Below, piece after piece: positions 36,234 to 46,661 of a stretch of DNA of 64,000 nt. The position numbers and the translations under genes were made by a program. How positions within the stretch are numbered: the first letter of the stretch is position 1; each line of letters opens with the position of its first letter. The notes under the pieces are model-generated. The model had not been told where the DNA came from, searched no databases, and was given only the letters and a program-made list of their open reading frames with translations. The stretch comes from Centroscyllium fabricii (Eukaryota): positions 13,826,001 to 13,890,000 of the forward strand of contig JBNRSN020000031.1 of the NCBI GenBank assembly GCA_051313645.2. Reading direction: 5' to 3'.

Positions 36234-39200
36234 CATGCCCAAAGATTCAGACTGTCAGGAACCTTTAACCATCTGTTTCAATAAGGTTATTGATTCAGTG
36301 TCAACAACCATTCCATCTCAATAGCCTGAATGCTGTTAATAATACAGCTTCTCCATTGTTAGGTTTTTAGATTTCCAAATCCAGTTTGTAATGTTTTAAT
36401 AAGGCCAGAATTATTTCATAGAATGGTGTATTTTTCTGAATAGGTATATGGCTTATTCCTTCACAAGTGCATACCTATGCTATGCAGATTGGACGCTGAG
36501 GTCCTCCCCCTTTCAGTTCACCTGGCCAGGAAATTCCACCCTCCGCATGGCCTTTGGCATTCATTCAGTGGGTTGAAAGAAAAACAGGTCACATTCTAAC
36601 ATTGTACAGCCTGCCGTACTTGTTGAAACAAACACAAGCAAGATACCAAAGTGTTAGGAATCATCAAGGACACCAGATACTTAACCATGATTGCGCTACA
36701 TAGAATTACATCGAATGTACAGCACAGAAACTGGCCATTCGGCCCAACTGGCCCATGCCAGTGTTTATGCTCTACACGAGACTCCCCCCACCCCTCTTCA
36801 TCTAACCCCATCACCGTAACCTTGGAGGTGTTACTTAAAACAAGTCAAATAATTTGAAAACCTCAAGAGATCTTTCTGGTTTCTGCGTTCTCAGTTTCAA
36901 TTAAAAAAAAAGATGCTTCTCAAAACTTCTACAGAAACATCTCAGGCCCATTTTTTTGAATTATTGCAGTGAGTATGGTTATGTTGCTTGCAAATCTTAA
37001 CCATAATATGGCATTTCATTCTATTGGGCTGGATTATACAACCACCTGTTTTGGAAGGATTCGCTCTTCAGAACATTCCGGATTAATTAAATAAACATTT
37101 GCTTAAGTAAGACACCTGCCAACAATGATCAGCACGATTCACCGGAGAGGATAAGCAACTTGGGAGAACAACGAGTGGTCCCTGGGTAACCATGAAAACA
37201 TGTTCCATCTCAAAGAATCATCATCTTGATAGGCCGCACTGGGGGAGTCGGAAAGCAAATTGAAGGACAGAAGAAAAAGAATTCCATTTCTGAATGCAAT
37301 GCAAATGTCTGGTGTAAATTTACTTCTAAGTGCACAGCAAATATAGATTAATTTATGCATGAACACATCTGCTGAAATCACAGAAATTCATAAATGTTCT
37401 ACCTCAATACAATTCCATTCGCCCCATGCTCTCTGGAGATGGATAAATTAAAGCCTGGTTTCCAGTGTCATTATATATTCGGTGGAATTGTTTTTACTCA
37501 TTTGTCTGGTTTGAAAACTAATTTGTTTCGGGAGAATCAGGATTCACATTGAATAGCTGCGACTGAACCACAGCTGGACATCGGTACCATGTCATGTTAT
37601 CTCAATACTTTAGGGTAAATAAATGAAAACTGTATGTGCATAGTGAGAGAGAGGAAGAAAGAGCGAGTAGCCACAGAAGCAATGTATAAAGCATGTTGAA
37701 ACCTCTGGCTGCATGCCAAATGGATTTTAAATAAATTTGCAATACATATGGGTTCAAATAAAGGGTCCTCAATTCTTCAGAACAATTTATGAGATTGAAA
37801 ACTGCTAAGCGAATGAAGGAGGCATCGAGCCATGCCTACAATAACAAGTGGTCCAACCATGATTATTTATATCAAGTCAAATGTAAAATGTCAGAATTCT
37901 CCGATGAACCTGCCGTGGAGATGAGCCAAGTTATTATATTGCAGTAATATTTGACTGCAACTTTGCTGGTTCATGAGTAGGAACAGCAGTTACCCACTGA
38001 GCCTTACAAACATAGGAAAAAAGACAAGCAGGACTAGGCCATTCAGCCCTTCGAGCCTGCTCTGCCATTCAATATGATTATGGATGATCCTCTATCCCAA
38101 TTCCATATTCTTCACCATTTTGTTAGCTGTGCCAGCTCTATCTGCTTAATCCCAATTCCCTCTCTTTTATTCCCATCCAAAGTAGTCCTGGATTCATGTT
38201 TCATGGTCAATTCAGGTTAAATTGGAAATATCTGACCAAGACCAGACATGATGGACTAAATGGCCTGTGTTGTACCGTTCTATGATAATAAATCAATTAT
38301 GCTTAAATTAATATGCTCAAATCCTTTAGTCATTTAACCTGGGATGTGGGTGTCACTAGTTTTATTCTTATTGGGCCGGATTTTCCGATGGCCCCCGACG
38401 CAAAACGCGTGAGTACGGAACGGGTACTCACGTGTGCGGCCCTCAGAAGTGCTGGTTCTGTGCGTGCACCGAGCATGCGCACAGAACCAGTACTTCCGAT
38501 GCCGGCTCTGGGGGGTCAGGAGCCGGAGCACGTTGGCCTGCGTACCAGGAGGTGCGCAGTGCACTTCCGATTTTTTTGGAAGTTTTTTATCGGGGTAAGT
38601 ATCGGAAAAGTTACGACTGAAAATATCAACCGTAACGACCCATTTTTAGCAGGTAAGTCTCTATTTTATTCAATTTATGTATTTCTTTCACAGGTTTTTT
38701 ATTTTTAAATAATTTAAACAAAGGTAAGTAGTTTTTTAGCCCAGTAAAAAACATAAAATATTTTTTCAAAATTTTTATTTTTTGTTTAAAATAGGTAATT
38801 TATGTTAGTGATAGTAATGTTAAAAAATGTGGGTTTTTAAAAAAATTATTTTATTGTTTAGTGTGTTTTTGGGGCTCTTGCATTTCATAACTTTGACAGA
38901 TCGCTCTGTCAAAGTTACGAATGGAGGATCCTTGGCAGTGATTGGTCCCCGCGGACCACGTGGTCCCGCACGGATCTTGCCCACTAACTCCGACGCTGAG
39001 TTGCCTCAGCACAGCGCGTGGAGCCTGGAGCAGTACTTGGAATCGGGATTTCAAATCCCAGAAGAGGACAACGGCAGGTGCGCTCCGTAAGTGTAGGTTG
39101 GAGGCTTGCACCCGCGGCAAGCCTCCGAGGCTAATTTTTGGGCCATTGTTTTTCATAGTGGTTTGGTACAACTGAGTGGCTTGCTATGCCATTGCTAAGT

Positions 39201-39294
39201 CTGGAGTCATATAGGCCAGACCAGGTAATAACAGATTCCCTTCTCCTAAAGGACATTAGTGAATCAGATGTTTTTTTTTATGACAATCTTAGTC

Positions 39295-39977
39295 CAGTTT
39301 GAGCACCAGTAATCCGGCACCCGATAGTCTGGCACATTCAGTGGTTCGGCATGAATTGAAACCGGTGGTCTTCAGTTTGTGGAGCAGCTGCTCGGCGGCA
39401 CCACCATTTCCTGTTGTAAAGCATGTAAATTTATTTTTCAAAAAATTAAAATTTTTGTTTTAAATATTTAATTAAATGCCGTTTTAATTCATTTTAAATA
39501 TGTGATTATTTTTATTTATTTGATGTCTAGGTGTATTTTCTGGGGTCTTCCAATTCATACTTATGGGGTTCCCATACATATGGAATACCGATAAGAATGA
39601 ATGGGGATTCCCTTCTCTCATTCGTTAGGCCGGCCCATGTGATCCCAGGGAAGCTCGCAAACCGCCTGCACCCCGGGATACGTGGGCCTCTACCCGCCAG
39701 CACCTGGAGAGTCCCAGGACCGCGAATCTCTGTACCTCCTGGACCACCAGGTAGGCGGGCAATTTATTTGTGGATCGGTGGCATTTCCCCGCGGGAAGCA
39801 CCTGACCACAAATTCAGCCCCATCAATTATCTCTGCCATTCCCGCACTCTGAAGTACAAGATAGCTCTGCTAATCAGTAAGTTTTTGATCCCTTCTTCAA
39901 CCTTCAGTGGTTTAGAATTTTCAATGGTCCGGCACCGGCCTGGTCCCGAGGGTGCCGGTTTACCGGTGCTCAACCTG
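39295..39977. mobile_element. MITE of the same CAG-TIR group
   Basis: Left CAGTTTGAGCACCAGTAATCCGGCAC; right end in reverse complement CAGGTTGAGCACCGGTAAACCGGCAC. TA is present on the right side only. Confidence 0.7.
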
Positions 39978-41239
39978 TACTTTCTTGGTGAAGCTTTTTA
40001 TCCCAGATTTAATTAATTGAATTAAAATTCCCCAACTGCCATGGTGGGATTTGAACTCACATTTAACATGGATCATTAATCCAGGCCTAACTAGGATTAC
40101 TAATTCAGTAACATAGCCACTATACTGTGGCAGTTCCACATCGGGCTATAAATGTCTGTACATAGAAACTATATGTAAAATCCCCTTTAACTTACATGTT
40201 TCCCCTCCCCATTAAGAGAGAGGGAAACGGACCTCACGCGACCCAACGTGGTGATGTCATCACGTGTTTCGTGGGCTTTCTTGTTTAGAGTGTTTTGGAG
40301 TTCGATCAGTAAAGACCTGTTTTTGAGTTAATCCTTTGAGTTGGCTGAATTATTTGTTAGGAGATCATAGTCTCCTACATTGGTGACCCCTAGTTAGTAA
40401 ACGTTTTTGCCGACCTACGCAGCATCATGGCAAAAAGCGCTACGGCCTTGAAACTGCCTTCCTTTTGAGAGCATCAAGCGCCCGCATGGTTTGCCCATGC
40501 CAAGGCTCAGTTCTCCCTATGAAAGGTTGAGGAAGACGGCGACAAATACCTCCACATTGTGTCGGCCCTCGAAAGCTCCACCGCTGCTGAAGTCATCGAC
40601 CTTCTGGAAAACCCTTCAGAAACTGGCAAGTACGAAGCGGTTAAAGACAGACTCCGACAGGTTTTAAGCCTCTCCAAGGAAGAGAGAGCATCCAGGCTCC
40701 TCACACTACCGGGCCTTGGAGACTCAACCCCTGCCCAGTTAATGAGCCGAATGCTCACGATTCTTGGGTCTGAGCCACAATGTTTTCTTTTTCGGGCATT
40801 ATTCTTAAGCCAGCACCCCCAGCAAGTCAAAGCTGCCCTCGCCGGTTTCCCAATTACAGACTGCGTCAAGCTCGCAGCCGCGGCAGATAAAATCTTCTCC
40901 GTAACCCAGCTCAGCTGCGCAGCAATGAGGTTCCCCTCCCCCATGGAGCACACCCCGCCTCGCCAGACGGTGTGGTAACCGTAATTACCAGTGTATATAT
41001 ATGGATGTGTTCACGTTCAACTCTGTACATCGTGTGCAAGGCCAGGTCAGCCACACCTCTAACTCCTCCCCTCAGGTGGGAGCATATAGGTGAGGCCCGC
41101 CCTGCCCCGCTCATTCTCGCCTTGAACTCAACAGGAGACTAGCTCCATTGTAAGTGAATAAAAGCCTGTAGTTTGGGTAACTACTCGTCTTTCGTGTTTG
41201 ATTGACGATACGTCAATTTTATTCACTTAAATTTAAAAC

Positions 41240-42580
41240 ATGGAGAGTAACGCAGTGAAACCGGATCGCCTCGATATCAATCCCCAGGCACCCGCTGCTG
41301 CTAACAACTTCGAACACTGGTTCGGCCTGGTCGAGGCCTACATGAAGGCCGTAAAGGCTACAAGTGATGAGGACAAACTCCAGGTACTCTCATCACAGAT
41401 CAGCGGCTGGGTGTATTCCTTTAGCCGCGGCCTCAAGACGTACGGGGAAGCGATGAAGAAACTAAAGGACTGCTACATGCGCCCGGCCCACTTGGTCTAT
41501 GCCAGGCATGTTCTGGCGACCAGACGACAACGACTCGGTGAGTCCAATGAACAGTTCTTACTAGCGCTTCAAGCCCTTGTACGGGCCTGCGACTGCCAGC
41601 CAAGGACGGCGGAGGAAGAAGCGAACCTCCTAATACGGGATGCATATGTGGCTGGACTCAGGTCCAGCCAGGCCCGCCAGCGGCTGCTGGAGCAGAACAC
41701 ACTGCCGCTCGAGGCCGCAATAACACTTTCAAATGCGGTGGACAGAGCACTCCGAAAGCTGGAGGCGTACGGAGACCACAGCCCACACGATACCCCTGAC
41801 ACATGGGCGACACCGCGACAGGCCGAGACTCCCACGATGGCAGCGGCGGCTGCGAAGACACCGGCGGGGCACAGATGTTACTTCTGCGGCCAAGGGAAGC
41901 ACCCGCGGGCGCAGTGCCCCGCGAGGAACGCGACCTGCGAGCGGTGCGCGAAGAAGGGGCACTACGCGAAGGTGTGCAAGTCCAGCCCAGCCTCCATCTC
42001 CAGAGCCAACAGCGCGGCCTGCGAAAACAGCGATGCCACTCCATGGCCCAAGGTACGGTGTTGCAGCGCGACCCAGCAGCGGTCAGCCGGGGATAAATCG
42101 CGGGCGCCTCAGTCCCCCTTAACTGTACAGCGGAGGCCGGGCGCGCGCGCAGCACAGGCACCGCCACTCCAAAAGCGACAGCAGCCAGCCAGATGCGACC
42201 CCCTGGCGCCGCCATCTTATCCTCAGCGGTCGGCCATGTGCGACCCCCCGGCGCCGCCATCTTGTCCACCGCGGTCCGCCATGTGTGAACCACGGGCGCC
42301 GCCATCTTATCCTCAACGGTTGGCCATGTGCGACCCCCCGGCGCCACCATCTTGTCCACCGCGGTCGGCCGCGTGCGAACCATGGGCGCCGCCATCTTAT
42401 CCACCGCGGTCGGCCGCGTGCGAACCACGGGCGCCGCCATCTTGTCCACAGCAGCCAGACTCGAGCGCATTGCCAGCGCCGCCATCTTACGAGCGGCCAT
42501 CTTGCCATCTGCCCCGGCCGGGGCCCCAGCTAGCGGAGGGCCCCCACTCACACACATACACCTTGGCCTCAGCCACTGTC
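41240..42580 (+). CDS. gag: Gypsy gag of element B, open up to the nested insertion
   Basis: ATG at 41240. Knuckles CYFCGQGKHPRAQC and CERCAKKGHYAKVC, and 7 copies of a 15-aa APPS[YC] repeat. Confidence 0.88.
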
Positions 42581-43024
42581 TGTGGTAATCATATTACCAG
42601 TGTATATAGTTGGATTGTAACTGTACTGCACCGCATGACCCATTTATATAGTTGCTTGGTGCATTGGATGTATTGGATGTAGAACACGGTTGTAAGGCCG
42701 AGGCCCCCACGATGGCTGCGACGGCCACTAAAGATAAACGCTGCTACTTCCAGGACTGCACCCAAGAGCGAAATGCTCAGCCAGGACAGCGACCTGCGAG
42801 AAATGTGCTAAGAAGGGACACTACGCTAAAGCCTGCAGATCAGCTCCAGCAGCGCCCAACTCAAGGTACAACAGTGCAGCCTGTGAGAGCACCGACAGAC
42901 ACCAGGTAAGCTGCAATAGCAGCGCGATCCAGCGACGGTACGGGGGTAGACAACAAGCGCCCCCATCCCCCACCCCGATGCGGCAAAGGCCGGCCAAGCG
43001 CGACCCCCCAATGCGGCCGGCTGC

Positions 43025-46000
43025 GTGCGAATCACGGGCACCGCCAACCCGACCACCGCGGCCCACTGCATGCGAATCACGGGCACCGCCAACCCGATCA
43101 CCGCGGTTCACTGCGTGCGAATCACGGGCGCCGCCAGCGCGTTCACAGGGCCCCACCATGTGCGTCCCCTCGGAGACGCCATTTTGTATCCAGGGCCCCT
43201 CCATGTGCGAGCCGGGGCGACGCCATCTTGTATCCAGGGCCCCACCATGTGCGAGCCAGGGGCGCCGCCATCTTGTACACAGGGCCCCACCATGTGCGAG
43301 CCAGGGGCGCCGCCATCTTGTGCACAGCCCCGATCAGCAGGGGCTGCGGCAACCAGAATCAGAGTTAGCCAGGGCAGGCCCCATACCCTGTCTAACTCAA
43401 TAATGCCGATTAATATTAATGACTACACTGTCGACTGCCTTTTCGACACAGGCAGCACTGAGCGTTTCGTTCACCCCGATACAGTGCGGCGCTGCGGACT
43501 GCAGATCCTGCCCACCAACTACCAAGTCTCCCGAGCTTCACAGTCCCACACCGCGGACGTCACCGGCTACTGCTCCGTCACGCTCACCATCAAGGGGCGC
43601 ATGTACCGTAATTTTAAATTGTATACCCTCCAGCAGTTGTGTGTCCCAGCCTTACTAGGTTTGGACTTCCAGTGCCACTTCAGGAGCGTGACAATGGAGT
43701 TCGGCGGGACCTTGCCCCCCCTCACCGTCAGTAGCCGGGACAACCCCTTCCCAAAGCGGAGCCCGGCCTGCGGCCTCTCCACCCTGAGAATCGACCCCCC
43801 CTCGCTGTTCGCCAACCTCGATCCGAAGTGCAAACCCATTGCTACTAAGAGTCGGCGGTACAGTGAGGGGGATCGCACGTTTATCAGGTCGGAGGTCGGG
43901 CGGATGCTGAAGGAGGGGATAATTGAAGCCAGCACCAGCCCCTGGCGCGCCCAAGTTGTAGTGGTGAAGTCTGGCAAAAAACAGTGGCTGGTTATCGATT
44001 ACAGCCAGACTATCAACCGCTACACCGGGCTCGACGCCTACCCCCTTCCCCGCATCTCGGAAATTGTCAATCAGATCGCCCAGTACAAGGTGTTCTCCAC
44101 GATCGACCTTAAATCGGCGTATCATCAGCTCCCGATTCGGAAAGCCGACTGCCCCTACACCGCCTTCGAGGCGAACGGTCGGCTCTACCACTTCCTCCGG
44201 GTCCCCTTTGGCGTGACCAACGGAGTGTCAGTGTTCCAACGAGAGATGGACCATATGGTTGACCAAAACGACTTGCAGGCCACTTTCCCTTACCTGGACA
44301 ACGTGACCATCTGCGGCCACAACCAGAAGGACCACGATGCCAATCTGGCCAAATTCCTCGCCACGGCGGACAAGCTGGACCTTACGTATAACAAAGACAA
44401 ATGTGTCTTTAATACAGACCGGCTCGCCATCCTCGGATACGTGGTGGAGAACGGGGTCCTCGGCCCCGACCCACAGCGTATGCGACCCCTGCAAGAACTG
44501 CCCCTACCTCACAACCCCAAAACCTTGAGGAGATGCCTAGGATTTTTCTCCTATTATGCACAATGGGTCCCACAGTTCGCAGATAAGGCTAGACCACTCC
44601 TCAAGGCTGCCGTCTTCCCCCTTTCTGTAGAAGCCCAAACGGCATTCGCAAGGATAAAGGAAGATATTATCAAGGCGACCATGCTCGCTGTTGATGAATC
44701 CATCCCTTTCCAGGTGGAGAGTGACGATTCGGACTTTGCCCTTGCTGCCACCCTGAATCAGGCAGGCAGGCCCGTAGCGTTTTTCTCCCGCACCCTACAG
44801 GGACCCAAAACTCGCCACTCAGCAGTGGAAAAGGAGGCCCAGGCCATCGTGGAGGCCGTGCGCTACTGGCGTCATTACCTGGCCGGTAAGCGTTTTACCC
44901 TGCTCACCGACCAACGGTCGGTGGCGTTTATGTTTAACAATAAACAACGGGGTAAAATCAAGAATGATAAGATCCTGCGGTGGCGGATCGAACTCTCGAC
45001 TTACGAGTATGACATTCTTTACCGACCAGGTAAACTCAATGAACCCCCGGACGCACTGTCCAGGGGAACGTGCGCCAGTGCCCAGCTCGACCGGCTGAAG
45101 GACCTCCACGACCGCCTTTGCCACCCGGGTGTCACCAGACTTGCCCACTTCGTCAAGTCCCGTAGCCTCCACTACTCCATCACGGAGATCAAGGCTATGA
45201 CCCGAGAGTGCCCTGTCTGTGACGAGTGCAAACCCCACTTTTTCCGGCCAGACACGGCGCACCTCATTAAGGCCACCCGCCCCTTTGAACGTCTCAGCAT
45301 GGACTTCAAAGGCCCCCTCCCGTCCACCGACCGCAACTCATACTTCCTCACGGTAGTGGATGAGTTCTCCCACTTCCCCTTCGCCTTCCCCTGCCCAGAC
45401 ATGACGAGCGCAACGGTGATCAAACACTTCACCACGCTGTTCGCCATTTTCGGTCTCCCCAGCTACATCCATAGCGACCGGGGGTCATCGTTCATGAGCG
45501 ATGAACTGCGCCAGTTTCTGCTCCAGAGAGGGGTTGCCACGAGCAGAACGACCAGTTATAACCCCCGGGGGAACGGCCAGGTAGAAAGGGAGAATGGGAT
45601 CATTTGGAAGGCGGTCACCCTGGCTCTCAAGTCCAGAGGCCTTCCAGTGTCCCATTGGCAGGCAGTCCTCCCAGACGCGCTGCACTCTATACGCTCTCTG
45701 TTATGTACTGCCACTAACGCCACCCCGCACGATCTGATTTTCTCTTTCAACAGGAGGTCGACTTCGGGGACAGCTCTTCCTTCATGGCTGACGACTCCGG
45801 GGCCGGTTTTGCTTAGAAGGCATGTCCGGAGCCACAAGACAGACCCCCTGGTGGACAAGGTACAGCTCCTACATGCAAACCCGCACTACGTCTTCGTGCA
45901 GTTCCCGGACGGGCGTGAGGACACCGTGTCCATCAGGGACCTGGCTCCCGCAGGAAGCACCACCGCAGAGCCCCCGGCCGGCCAGCAGGCCGACCAACCA

Positions 46001-46246
46001 CCAAACACACGATGGCCCCTGAGTTTCCCCGAACACCAGCAGTGGCCTGCACTGAACTACGACCCGGACGGCGGGGACCAGCCGAGTCCACCGCCACCTG
46101 AAGCCACAGCACCGGCAGATGCGGGCGATTCGAACCAGGAGGCACCACCACCAACACCGGAACGCCGGCGGTCCTCCAGGCAGACACGACCGCCGGACAG
46201 ACTTATCATGAACTGTTCGACCCATTTACCCCCCCTCCGGACTTAA
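43025..46246 (+). CDS. pol: Gypsy pol copy 1 (element E), uninterrupted PR-RT-RH-IN
   Basis: 1073-aa frame with LFDTGS, YLDN, RNase H and HHCC/DDE integrase motifs. The RNase H SDASD motif is changed to SDDSD. Confidence 0.92.
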   Translation: MRITGTANPTTAAHCMRITGTANPITAVHCVRITGAASAFTGPHHVRPLGDAILYPGPLHVRAGATPSCIQGPTMCEPGAPPSCTQGPTMCEPGAPPSCAQPRSAGAAATRIRVSQGRPHTLSNSIMPININDYTVDCLFDTGSTERFVHPDTVRRCGLQILPTNYQVSRASQSHTADVTGYCSVTLTIKGRMYRNFKLYTLQQLCVPALLGLDFQCHFRSVTMEFGGTLPPLTVSSRDNPFPKRSPACGLSTLRIDPPSLFANLDPKCKPIATKSRRYSEGDRTFIRSEVGRMLKEGIIEASTSPWRAQVVVVKSGKKQWLVIDYSQTINRYTGLDAYPLPRISEIVNQIAQYKVFSTIDLKSAYHQLPIRKADCPYTAFEANGRLYHFLRVPFGVTNGVSVFQREMDHMVDQNDLQATFPYLDNVTICGHNQKDHDANLAKFLATADKLDLTYNKDKCVFNTDRLAILGYVVENGVLGPDPQRMRPLQELPLPHNPKTLRRCLGFFSYYAQWVPQFADKARPLLKAAVFPLSVEAQTAFARIKEDIIKATMLAVDESIPFQVESDDSDFALAATLNQAGRPVAFFSRTLQGPKTRHSAVEKEAQAIVEAVRYWRHYLAGKRFTLLTDQRSVAFMFNNKQRGKIKNDKILRWRIELSTYEYDILYRPGKLNEPPDALSRGTCASAQLDRLKDLHDRLCHPGVTRLAHFVKSRSLHYSITEIKAMTRECPVCDECKPHFFRPDTAHLIKATRPFERLSMDFKGPLPSTDRNSYFLTVVDEFSHFPFAFPCPDMTSATVIKHFTTLFAIFGLPSYIHSDRGSSFMSDELRQFLLQRGVATSRTTSYNPRGNGQVERENGIIWKAVTLALKSRGLPVSHWQAVLPDALHSIRSLLCTATNATPHDLIFSFNRRSTSGTALPSWLTTPGPVLLRRHVRSHKTDPLVDKVQLLHANPHYVFVQFPDGREDTVSIRDLAPAGSTTAEPPAGQQADQPPNTRWPLSFPEHQQWPALNYDPDGGDQPSPPPPEATAPADAGDSNQEAPPPTPERRRSSRQTRPPDRLIMNCSTHLPPLRT

Positions 46247-46661
46247 AATTTTCAAGAAGGGGTGAATGTGGTAACCCTTTTGTGTCTGCATTACCACTGT
46301 ATCATTATGGCTAATAATGGGCTGTGTAGATGTTAGGCACTGCCCTGTATACTGTGACACTGTTGGGAGCCAGGTCAGCCACACCTCTAACTCCTCCCCC
46401 AGATGAGGCCCCGTTATAGGTGAGATCTGACCGAGGCTCCTCATTCCTGTACTGAAGTTCGTTCCGGAGGGTAGCTCCGTTCTTAGCAATTAAAAGCCTT
46501 TAGTTTCGGTAACTACTCGTCGACTCTTTTAATCGAAGGTATTGACGATACGTCAGAGACTAGCTCCATCTTTAAGTTATTAAAAGCCTGTAGTTAAGGT
46601 CACTACTCGTCTTTTGCCTTATTGACGATACGTCACTGTCGATCAGGCTAGGCCGCACACC

